Positions 18,700-26,313 of a stretch of 64,000 bases of DNA are shown piece after piece. The stretch lies in IMG/VR virus record IMGVR_UViG_3300027659_000012; one strand, given 5' to 3'. Position numbers and translations under genes: made by a program. Under the pieces are notes generated by a model. That model worked only from the letters and a program-made list of their open reading frames with translations. It was not told the DNA's origin and did no database searches. Position 1 is the first letter of the stretch. Each line of letters starts with the position of its first letter. Source of the DNA: an uncultured virus (IMG/VR IMGVR_UViG_3300027659_000012) (taxonomy: Duplodnaviria > Heunggongvirae > Uroviricota > Caudoviricetes).

Positions 18700-18774
18700 T
18701 GGCTCCGACTCGTGGGATCGAACCACGGACCCGATGATTAACAGTCATCTGCTCTGCCGCTGAGCTAAGTCGGA
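18700..18774 (-). tRNA. tRNA-Asn(GUU)
   Basis: Cloverleaf, loop CTGTTAA, GCCA. Confidence 0.93.
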
Positions 18775-18806
18775 TTTATCACTTACATTATTATATATAA
18801 GAAAGA

Positions 18807-19004
18807 TTTTTGAACAGGTGAGTCGCTACTCTCACTTCTTACATTTTTAAATAGGACCAAAGATTCAATGGCCATCACACCATGTCTACATCTTCTACCA
18901 TGCATCACTGCATTGTTACCGTTTGGAGACCAACTTAAGGGTGATACCCTTACAAGCTGTAAGCTGCCTCGTCTCAACCTGATGCTCAGGTCTCTGTTCA
19001 AAAA
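18807..19004 (-). ncRNA. Candidate structured ncRNA A
   Basis: Closing stem TTTTTGAACAG/CTGTTCAAAAA and several internal hairpins; strand inferred from flanking tRNAs. Confidence 0.5.
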
Positions 19005-19006
19005 GG

Positions 19007-19173
19007 TTTCTATCGCCGAAGAAGTCCCCCGTTTCCACAGAGGCTAAGTGATCCTTCTTCGCTTTTCTACAAGTACTAGCTCGCTGGAGAGCTTGACCGC
19101 GCGCGGCGTGGCTACACTCATTTTCCGGTCTGTTTTCTCTGAATAGTTCGGGCGATCAAACTCACGATAGAAA
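19007..19173 (-). ncRNA. Candidate structured ncRNA B
   Basis: Closing stem TTTCTATCG/CGATAGAAA, internal hairpins, no ORF. Confidence 0.5.
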
Positions 19174-19208
19174 AATTGTTGCGCTTATTTTACTAAACTT
19201 AAAAATTG

Positions 19209-19216
19209 TATAAATA
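19209..19216 (+). promoter_or_regulatory. T4 late promoter TATAAATA
   Basis: Exact motif just before the ATG at 19225. Confidence 0.75.
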
Positions 19217-19224
19217 CTATTACT

Positions 19225-19557
19225 ATGACAAATTACGATTCAAGAGACCCTTTAGTTGAAGCTGCTCGCCAGTTTCTTTTGGCAGAAGAACAAATGATTA
19301 AGGTTTACGTGAATTTTGAATTCGCGATGTATGACGATGATGCTAAAACTGAAAGAGCAGCAAAAAAGACTCAGGTTTTAATCAAAAAAATCGCCGCAGA
19401 TCACGGATTTACAGTAGTTGATACAGATGAAAATCTAGGAGGTGCTGAAATTGAGGCAACATTTTCTGGTCCAAAAAACAAAATCATAAGTTGGTTACGT
19501 TCTCGCAGCGGAGATAAAAAATCGTCTGATGATCAACTGCTTAAAAAATACAGCTAA
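19225..19557 (+). CDS. Late protein, possibly an internal head protein
   Basis: Late promoter; N-terminal segment ending LLAEE resembles prohead-protease-cleaved leaders. Confidence 0.6.
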   Translation: MTNYDSRDPLVEAARQFLLAEEQMIKVYVNFEFAMYDDDAKTERAAKKTQVLIKKIAADHGFTVVDTDENLGGAEIEATFSGPKNKIISWLRSRSGDKKSSDDQLLKKYS

Positions 19558-19566
19558 AGAAGGGGA

Positions 19567-19719
19567 TTTATCTGTCAGACCTTTAATTGTGCATGCCCCT
19601 CACGCACGCACGACATCTTCGCTGAATCACGGAAGGGCCGTTGTGTAGTAGCAATGCTACCTCAGACGAATCATCAGCTAGGTCTTCACAGTCGCGTGTA
19701 GATATTCTCGACAGATAAA
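19567..19719 (-). ncRNA. Candidate structured ncRNA C
   Basis: 10-bp closing stem TTTATCTGTC/GACAGATAAA and inner AGACCT/AGGTCT stem. Confidence 0.5.
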
Positions 19720-19723
19720 AGGA

Positions 19724-20338
19724 TAGAATGACTGAGATGTCCAGCCTAGGACTCTCAAATAGCGGTCTTCATGAAAGGCATGCCCTCAGTCATTCAGTTT
19801 GTCCATAGGGTGTGCATCCCATCGCCTTAAGCAGGACTGGCTCTACCTAGTACTATAACCATTGCCATAGGTGGCTTCTTTGCTATGCATTCCTATTCGC
19901 CAAGGAAGCAAAGAACGGTCAGACGAAAGTGAACCAACTGCTTGACATGACGCACACTACTTTATCAGGTATAGCCGCCATCAGTCAAGCAATTGGAGTT
20001 TTGTCCATGGCATCATTCGATGCTTACGTTCACGCAGGACTGGCACTAGCTAATGGTTAGCCCACATTAGTCAGGGTCCATAGAGTATTCACTCTTCGAT
20101 TCGAGCAGGACTGGCTCTAGCTACGGACATCCTCATAGCGGGATTTCTACAATGTGTGGTTATTGACCCACACGGAATTTCAAGCCTGTACGCACTCCGA
20201 ATGCGCCTAACTCACCGATTTCCATTGCAAAAATAATCTCTACCGTTAAACCGACTTTCACTGGTCACGAATTCTTCGCAAATTAAATTTGCTTCACTGG
20301 TAGAGTCGCCGATGCATCGTAATCGAATACATTAGCAA
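19724..20338 (-). ncRNA. Candidate large structured ncRNA(s) with a three-fold repeated module
   Basis: No ORF; long hairpins; plus-strand GTCCAT...GCAGGACTGGCWCTA at 19801-19845, 20003-20048 and 20076-20119. Confidence 0.55.
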
Positions 20339-20341
20339 AAT

Positions 20342-20410
20342 TGGTGGACACCGGGGAATCGAACCCCGTCCGCGATGCCGAAACATCACGTCGAACTCCT
20401 ATGAGTGCCC
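20342..20410 (-). ncRNA. Minimal tmRNA-like RNA (tRNA-like domain only)
   Basis: GGGCACT-CATAGGAGTTCGAC-GTGATG-TTTCGG-CATCGC-GGAC-GGGGTTCGATTCCCC-GGTGTCC-ACCA; G3-U70, no D stem, no anticodon loop. Confidence 0.75.
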
Positions 20411-20419
20411 ATATAAAAT

Positions 20420-20494
20420 TGGCGGGCAGGCAGGAATCTAACCTACGATCTTTAGCCTATGGGGCTAACGCTTTATACACTAAGCTACTGCTCC
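20420..20494 (-). tRNA. Atypical or pseudo tRNA with CAU anticodon
   Basis: Cloverleaf, but C33 in loop CCCATAG, T-loop TTAGATT and an imperfect acceptor stem. Confidence 0.55.
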
Positions 20495-20501
20495 GATGAA
20501 A

Positions 20502-20587
20502 TGGTGGGTAGAGATGGATTCGAACCAACGTAAGCTTACGCTAGCAGATTTACAGTCTGCCCCCTTTAGCCGCTCGGGCATCTACCC
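20502..20587 (-). tRNA. tRNA-Tyr(GUA)
   Basis: Long variable arm, loop CTGTAAA, ACCA. Confidence 0.93.
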
Positions 20588-20595
20588 ACATGAAT

Positions 20596-20671
20596 TGGTT
20601 GCGGAAGTTGGGACTCGAACCCACGTAACATGCTTATGAGACACGTATCTGAACCACTCGATTATTCCGCG
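20596..20671 (-). tRNA. tRNA-Met(CAU) with initiator-like acceptor stem
   Basis: Loop CTCATAA; C1-A72 mismatch; ACCA. Confidence 0.75.
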
Positions 20672-20783
20672 TTTGAAAATTTAGAGAGCTTTAACAGGCA
20701 TACATACCATGCAAATCCGAGGACGTGAACTTAATCACCGCATGTGCATCGCCACTCTCCGTGAGTCCGGTTGCAAATTGAAT

Positions 20784-20895
20784 GCTCATTTAATGGTAGG
20801 CGTTGTCGCGTTCAAATCTCTACCCGCATAGAGCAGTTCAAGATCCTCCTTCGCTTACCGCACAGGGCATGAAGCCCTTTGTCCCATTAAAGAGC
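20784..20895 (-). ncRNA. Candidate structured ncRNA D
   Basis: Closing stem GCTCTTTAATGG/CCATTAAA(T)GAGC and internal hairpins. Confidence 0.4.
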
Positions 20896-21005
20896 AAAGT
20901 TTTTAAGAAATTCAGGTTATGTCAAAGACTATCTTTACAACCAAGACTTGGTCTCAGAGGAATTGAAGGTGCCGTCGTGAAGAGCAGCTCAATCAATCAT
21001 GGTGT

Positions 21006-21034
21006 ATTCTACCTTATTTTGAAGGCTTTGTACA
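21006..21034 (-). promoter_or_regulatory. Early-type promoter upstream of the tRNA/ncRNA cluster
   Basis: TGTACA-N17-TAGAAT followed by non-coding sequence. Confidence 0.65.
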
Positions 21035-21046
21035 CCTAATTTTTAC

Positions 21047-21172
21047 TTATTCTTCGCTTTCGACCGGAGACTCAAGAGGAGCTTCCGCTACTTGAGTTTC
21101 GGCCGCAATCGCAGCATCTCGAAGCATTTGTTCATATGCGCGAGATGAGTCAGATGGAGCTAGGTTGTTCAT
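21047..21172 (-). CDS. Small acidic late peptide (41 aa)
   Basis: TATAAATA at 21182-21189; MNNLAPSDSSRAYEQMLRD...ESEE. Confidence 0.5.
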   Translation of the reverse strand: MNNLAPSDSSRAYEQMLRDAAIAAETQVAEAPLESPVESEE

Positions 21173-21192
21173 AGTAAATTTTATTTATAAAG

Positions 21193-21270
21193 TGGTAGGG
21201 GCGCTCGGATTCGAACCGAGGATCCTTCGTTTATGAGACGAACGCTTTAAGACCACTAAGCTACACCCCT
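21193..21270 (-). tRNA. tRNA-Met or Ile2 (CAU)
   Basis: Cloverleaf, loop CTCATAA, ACCA. Confidence 0.88.
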
Positions 21271-21285
21271 TTTTGTTTTTGAAAT

Positions 21286-21368
21286 TGGTAGCCGTGGTCG
21301 GACTCGAACCGACAAGCTTGCGCGGCAGATTTTAAATCTGCTGAGTTTACCGATTTCTCCACACGGCC
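21286..21368 (-). tRNA. tRNA-Leu(UAA)
   Basis: Long variable arm, loop TTTAAAA, ACCA. Confidence 0.9.
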
Positions 21369-21376
21369 GTTATATT

Positions 21377-21556
21377 TCAATGATTGTCTGCCGCCTCGTT
21401 GACCGTGGCAGAAAAGCCGAGGCATAATGTGAGTGTCAGCGTTGCCCAGAAGACCAAGGCGTTCATCTCGTGAGGAATGATGTCCAGAGAACGAACTGCC
21501 AAATATACACCGATATTGGCAAGGGCAGCGATGCCAGTGATGAGTGCTATTTTCAT
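21377..21556 (-). CDS. Small two-TM membrane protein
   Basis: Likely start MKIALITG; two hydrophobic helices. Confidence 0.5.
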   Translation of the reverse strand: MKIALITGIAALANIGVYLAVRSLDIIPHEMNALVFWATLTLTLCLGFSATVNEAADNH

Positions 21557-21560
21557 GATC

Positions 21561-21734
21561 TTAGAAGTTAGGGAATAGATCGCTCCAGATTTCGGCAAAG
21601 GCATCGCCATCGATGGAGCCATCTGCAAGCTCAGCGCTAAGCGTTTCAAACTCACCGCACTGTTCGCGGTCAAGTTGGCAATTGTCCCACATCTCGGAGA
21701 CTCGGTCGTAAGTGTTATTTTCAATTGTTTTCAT
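21561..21734 (-). CDS. Small acidic early protein (57 aa)
   Basis: Hand translation; 14 D/E against 3 K/R; first gene after the promoter at 21773-21801. Confidence 0.6.
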   Translation of the reverse strand: MKTIENNTYDRVSEMWDNCQLDREQCGEFETLSAELADGSIDGDAFAEIWSDLFPNF

Positions 21735-21830
21735 AATGTAGTTGAGGTTAAGTTCTTCTTGGTTACGTGGTTATCTTACCATGTTTGAGGGTGTTTGTAC
21801 ACCAGATTCTTCATTCTTTTTCATTTATTT

Positions 21831-22103
21831 TTAGCCGCAGGCAATGACCTTGAAGCCTGTGTGGAGACCAAAGTCGCGAAGGACATTGCTTCCAAAGAGG
21901 ATAGCCGTCCAGCGACCGTCATAGGTAGGAATGACCGTGTGCCAAGCTCCTGAATCCAGGATACCGAGTTCTTTAAGCTTGGCAACCACTTTCTCTTTGG
22001 TCGCATAGGACTTGACATAGGCTCCGTTGATAGTGATCTCACCTTGGGCTCCAGTGATGGTGCAAGCTTCGGTTTGTTGGGCGACGGTCAATTGTGTTTT
22101 CAT
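21831..22103 (-). CDS. Hypothetical early protein
   Basis: Start MKTQLT after the promoter at 22138-22165. Confidence 0.6.
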   Translation of the reverse strand: MKTQLTVAQQTEACTITGAQGEITINGAYVKSYATKEKVVAKLKELGILDSGAWHTVIPTYDGRWTAILFGSNVLRDFGLHTGFKVIACG

Positions 22104-22195
22104 AATGTAGTTTGTCGCCATTAGCAGCAACAAGGATATCCTACCATATACAGGGCCCAAGTACATGCTTTTTTACATTAAAAGCGAAAATAGTT

Positions 22196-22837
22196 TCACT
22201 CGTCCCCATCAACGGCTTGCGCGCCCTTCTTCTTGGCTTCTGCGGCAAGCTTTTTCTTTACCACGACGTCACGCTTCTTCAATCGGGCTATAACCTCATC
22301 CGAATCCATCCAGAGGTCCTTGTTATTGAGCAGTGCCTGAATCTCTGCCTTAGTCAAGAAATCCGAATAGACATCAGTCAGCAACTTCTCTGACCATTTA
22401 CGTTCATGAACCAGATTGTCGTACATCTCTCCGCCTTTGCCAAAGGAACCGCCCGAATAGTTGTGGAACATGAACATCGAGTGAGGCGCGATCTGAAACT
22501 CATCAGCAGCCAAGAAGAGCATGGTTGCCGCACTCATGCAGATACCTTCTACGCTGGCAATGATGTGAGCCTCGGTCTCGGCCAGAGCCTGGAGAAACTG
22601 GATCGTCGTAAAGAGGTTTCCACCCGGGGAATTGATGTGAATCTTAATCGCATCCGAATTACGAGTATTGCGAATCTCCTGAAACCAATCAGTGTATTCG
22701 CTGGCCTCGCCAATTTCATCCGAGACATAGTACTCGTAGAACTTTCCGTATTCGTTTGAATAGGACTTGCTGTCTGCGGCTTTAAGGAGTTCGGCGAGTC
22801 CGTTAGAGCTTTTACGATTTTTTTTGTTAGAATGCAT
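22196..22837 (-). CDS. ClpP-like protease
   Basis: IHINSPGG, CMSAATML, FMFHN, DLWM motifs. Confidence 0.85.
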   Translation of the reverse strand: MHSNKKNRKSSNGLAELLKAADSKSYSNEYGKFYEYYVSDEIGEASEYTDWFQEIRNTRNSDAIKIHINSPGGNLFTTIQFLQALAETEAHIIASVEGICMSAATMLFLAADEFQIAPHSMFMFHNYSGGSFGKGGEMYDNLVHERKWSEKLLTDVYSDFLTKAEIQALLNNKDLWMDSDEVIARLKKRDVVVKKKLAAEAKKKGAQAVDGDE

Positions 22838-23567
22838 GGCCGAATAGTTTTTGTTTGTTATAGAATTGAATAGCTTCATCGAGTCCCTTGGTCCATTTAT
22901 CACGGTGTTGTTGAAAGATTATAGGATTTGGATCATTATCGACGACCATGATGGTGATCAGATTGACGATAGGAATGCCTGTACGCTCCTCAAACATTAT
23001 TGTATAAGCTGCTTCTTGCATGAAGTAGTTCTCGATGTGTTGCTCGCTCTTGATGCGTGAACTGGTCTTGAAGTCAATCACACTCAGGCGACCATCAAAT
23101 TCAGCGATCAGGTCTACGCGTCCGGCAATGCCGAGATGATCACTATAGAGTGGGCATTCCTGAAGGACGACTTTACCGATTCGCTCATCGAGAACCTTTT
23201 GCACCGTCTTGAAGCTTTGAATAACGTGAGGCATCTCATCCTCGGCAAAGATCTCTTCTTCGTTGTTCAGATACTTCTCGGCCAGCAAATGCAATGCGGT
23301 GCCACGAGAACATGCATGACGAGTGATTCGATTCGCCTCCTCTTCGCCTACTCGCTTGCGCCATTCAATGATTGCCTCTTTACCTCTGGCTCCTAGCACT
23401 GTGGTGATCGAGGGATATTTCTTACCAGTCGGAGTAAGATAGGTCCTACCTTTTGCCGAGCTTTCGTCGGAGAGGTCTTCATAACCCAGAGAAACTGGCT
23501 CATGAATGAACGTTTTGTTGCGAATGAATGTAGGCTTAGATGCAGATATAATCATAATGAGTCCCAA
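22827..23567 (-). CDS. PD-(D/E)xK exonuclease (Cas4 / exonuclease A-like)
   Basis: YPSITTVL, RGTALH, AGRVDLIAEFDG..IDFKTS, YFMQ..AY. Confidence 0.85.
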   Translation of the reverse strand: MGLIMIISASKPTFIRNKTFIHEPVSLGYEDLSDESSAKGRTYLTPTGKKYPSITTVLGARGKEAIIEWRKRVGEEEANRITRHACSRGTALHLLAEKYLNNEEEIFAEDEMPHVIQSFKTVQKVLDERIGKVVLQECPLYSDHLGIAGRVDLIAEFDGRLSVIDFKTSSRIKSEQHIENYFMQEAAYTIMFEERTGIPIVNLITIMVVDNDPNPIIFQQHRDKWTKGLDEAIQFYNKQKLFGHAF

Positions 23568-23699
23568 TCAATGTATTCCGAGGGTTCATCTCGAGCTTTA
23601 GCGTCTCGATGTCCCTTCGAGGGTTTTTGCCCCTTTGTGGTATTGTGTGTGTATTTTGTGTGTGAATCGTCGTAGTAAGCGTCACGATCTTTGTCGCGC

Positions 23700-24470
23700 T
23701 TAAACGAGGAATTGCTGGTTTTTCGGCTCTTGCCCATTTTCTTCTTCTCTTTCTTGTATTTCTCTTGTCATGATATAGTCACGAACGATTTGTGATCGTA
23801 CGATATCTTCCCAGGTAAATTCAATATGCTTAAAGTAATTTAATTTATCTATGATGCGAAAGAATTTAAGGATTCCTTTGCGATCGTTGTTCTTGGAAAA
23901 GTCAGACTGATAATAATCACCTGCGAAGATAATTCGAGTGCTATCACCGATACGAGTCATGATCGAGTCGAGTTCATGGAAGTTGCAGTTCTGGCACTCA
24001 TCGACCACAATAACCGAGTTGTTCAGTGTAATACCACGAATGTAAGATGTCGTAATGAAACGAATTGCGCCCTTCTTGACCAGAGTTTCCCAGGCTTTTC
24101 CATCACCAAACAGATCATTGACGATGCTGATGTAAGGAACCGTATAGGCGGCTTCCTTTTCCCCTTGAGTTCCAGGTAAAAATCCCATATCCCGCGTAGG
24201 AACCACCGAACGAACGATGACTAAGCGTTTCTTGAACTTACTTTTGATGACCAGCTCGAGGGCTTTTGCCAAGGCAATAAAGGTCTTTCCTGCACCGGCC
24301 GATCCTGAGAGGATGACGTTATAGTCTTTGTCGAATGACTCAAAGAACTTTTGTTGAGATTCGGTCAGTGCCTCGATCTTCTTGAGATTCAATGGAACTG
24401 GTCGGGCAACTGTCTCCTTGACTGTAGAGGCAACGATGTTTAATTTCTTTTTTGGTGCTGGTTTTGCCAT
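23700..24470 (-). CDS. phoH: PhoH-like ATPase
   Basis: GSAGAGKT, YIRGITL, VDECQN, GDYYQSD, DIVRS. Confidence 0.92.
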   Translation of the reverse strand: MAKPAPKKKLNIVASTVKETVARPVPLNLKKIEALTESQQKFFESFDKDYNVILSGSAGAGKTFIALAKALELVIKSKFKKRLVIVRSVVPTRDMGFLPGTQGEKEAAYTVPYISIVNDLFGDGKAWETLVKKGAIRFITTSYIRGITLNNSVIVVDECQNCNFHELDSIMTRIGDSTRIIFAGDYYQSDFSKNNDRKGILKFFRIIDKLNYFKHIEFTWEDIVRSQIVRDYIMTREIQEREEENGQEPKNQQFLV

Positions 24471-24727
24471 TATCGTGTCTCAATACTATTTTTACGACCG
24501 CTTGCTTTCTTGATCTTTCCAAGGACATCATTCCATCCTGAACCAGCTCGTTGCAGGACAGATTTCCCGCCTTGGTAGGATATGGCAGCCGAGGCAACTC
24601 CTCGTTTGACACATGCTTCACCTTGGCAATTCGGGCAAGGCAGACTTATAGGAAGGTCGCGATCATTGATGAACTGAGTTTCTTCCCAGCGTTCATTGCA
24701 TTCGATGCAAAAGTAGTCGTATCTCAT
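24470..24727 (-). CDS. FmdB-like zinc-ribbon protein
   Basis: YDYFCxxC..CPNC..GWNDVL.KIK. Confidence 0.75.
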   Translation of the reverse strand: MRYDYFCIECNERWEETQFINDRDLPISLPCPNCQGEACVKRGVASAAISYQGGKSVLQRAGSGWNDVLGKIKKASGRKNSIETR

Positions 24728-24772
24728 AGTGTTGTAGTAGATTTATATCGAAATTCGCACAAGCCTATTCTA

Positions 24773-24961
24773 TCACAAAACTTTATTGATGTACATGCCT
24801 TTTTCTTCCAGGCTGACAATAGATTCTATCAGCATCTTTAACTTCGATCTGAAGAAGGGTATTCGATCCAGGGCTCCTTCCTTCTCGAGGCGAAGGATGA
24901 AGTACTGGGTCTGATGCAGGTCGTTGTGTAGTCGATCAAGTTTTGAAGTTGAATTGAGCAT
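24773..24961 (-). CDS. Hypothetical protein
   Basis: Short ORF in a conserved block. Confidence 0.5.
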   Translation of the reverse strand: MLNSTSKLDRLHNDLHQTQYFILRLEKEGALDRIPFFRSKLKMLIESIVSLEEKGMYINKVL

Positions 24962-24991
24962 TTACGATGAGGCGCTTGACACCTATCGTAT

Positions 24992-25432
24992 TTATGCCGG
25001 GAACAGCGTAGGAAATGCTTTTTCTGCGACTTTGATTGTCAAGGTAGGACAAATATCCGTAAGCTTCTTGTCCTTCATGGCGATGACTAATTCTGCATCC
25101 TCGGCATGGATTCCTTCTAACAATTGGATGAAAAGCATTTCTTTTCTGACCTTGGGCAGAGGATTACCTACGAGGAGGTTACCAAGCATCTTGATCGACG
25201 AATCGATACGTGCCGGTTGCATCCCTGCCGGAGATTCATCCTTCTTGTATGGAGGAGCTCCTTCTGGAATATCTAAGACAATTTTAGGATTAAAGTTGCC
25301 TTGAATAAGGGTCTTCAACGAGAAAGATTCGTTATCTTGTAGGACCTTAACCTTGGCTGCAGTAGTTTTCGCCTTCGTCACCAGCTTTAAGATTTCGTGC
25401 GGCAGTAAGTTTGATTTTGGTTTAGCAATCAT
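24992..25432 (-). CDS. Conserved T4-like hypothetical protein
   Basis: PEGAPPY..KEMLFIQLLEGIH..AELVI.MKDKKL; downstream of RNase H. Confidence 0.75.
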   Translation of the reverse strand: MIAKPKSNLLPHEILKLVTKAKTTAAKVKVLQDNESFSLKTLIQGNFNPKIVLDIPEGAPPYKKDESPAGMQPARIDSSIKMLGNLLVGNPLPKVRKEMLFIQLLEGIHAEDAELVIAMKDKKLTDICPTLTIKVAEKAFPTLFPA

Positions 25433-25442
25433 ATTTTATATA

Positions 25443-26306
25443 TCAAGAAAAGAATTCGCTGGCACAACCGATCAAGAGGTTGCATCGCTTGCTGATGAGG
25501 TAATTTAGGACCTTAGCGTTGCCTTTTTGTGGAGATGCATTATGTCCGTCTAAGATCATCTTGGTAATTTTCTCAGGAATGTAAGAAAGATCGATGAGTT
25601 GACGATTACGAACGAAGTTACGATAGACCTCGCTAGGCATAGTCTCGGCCAGAGAGTTTTTAGTCAGACTCCATTCGGCGATCTTCTTTGCGGTAAGTGG
25701 GGTTTGTCTGCCGCCGGAGGTAAAGACATCATCGGCCGAGAGGACATTCGGAACTCCGTCTGAACTGTCACCCTTTAAGATGTGCTCGAACAAATAGACC
25801 GAAGGATTCTTGTCGGTAACGAGCTTTTTCGTCATCGGAGAAAACTGCTTGACATTGTCGTATCGCTGGAGCTGAATGAAATCTTTGTCGGCCGAGACGA
25901 TCATCACATCGTCATGTTGCCCGAATTCCTGAGTAGCCTCGACCAGCGTGGCGATGATGTCATCGGCCTCGACGTTATCGAACTGAAGAACCGAATAAGG
26001 CATAAACTCGATGATCTCTTCACGAACCAGATTCATGATGCGAAACACCTCGGTCCAGTCATGGCCACTGGTACCTTCCTCACGATTCTTACGACGTGAT
26101 GCCTTGTATTCAGGATAGACATCTCTACGCCAGGAGCCGCCATCACACACCACGATAAGCTTGCCATACTTAGCCTTGAACTTCATATTGTACATACGAA
26201 GAGTGTTCAGGATCATGTGGCGGATTAGGCCTTCGTCTAGTTTCTGGTTCTTGTTCTGGGAAAGCATAGTTCCCATACAGACACCGCTAAAGTCGAGTAG
26301 TATCAT
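25443..26306 (-). CDS. rnh: RNase H / 5'-3' exonuclease
   Basis: MILLD, WRR..YPEYK..R, EADDIIA, SADKDF.QL, GDSSDGVPN. Confidence 0.93.
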   Translation of the reverse strand: MILLDFSGVCMGTMLSQNKNQKLDEGLIRHMILNTLRMYNMKFKAKYGKLIVVCDGGSWRRDVYPEYKASRRKNREEGTSGHDWTEVFRIMNLVREEIIEFMPYSVLQFDNVEADDIIATLVEATQEFGQHDDVMIVSADKDFIQLQRYDNVKQFSPMTKKLVTDKNPSVYLFEHILKGDSSDGVPNVLSADDVFTSGGRQTPLTAKKIAEWSLTKNSLAETMPSEVYRNFVRNRQLIDLSYIPEKITKMILDGHNASPQKGNAKVLNYLISKRCNLLIGCASEFFS

Positions 26307-26313
26307 TAGGCAG

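Noticed and set aside
19660..19690. Hammerhead ribozyme (CTGATGA on the minus strand)
   Set aside because: No stem II followed by GAAA at the required position
19801..20119. CRISPR or TIGR array
   Set aside because: Only three units with irregular spacing (202 and 73 nt) and structured variable parts; no Cas or Nop-domain gene recognised nearby
19724..20410. Full-length or two-piece (permuted) tmRNA
   Set aside because: The 5' and 3' halves of the tRNA-like domain are joined by a 6-nt loop in normal order, and I found no tag-like reading frame ending in AA-stop in the flanks
22827..23567. Cas4 as part of a CRISPR system
   Set aside because: A stand-alone exonuclease in the usual T4-like phoH neighbourhood; no array or other cas genes
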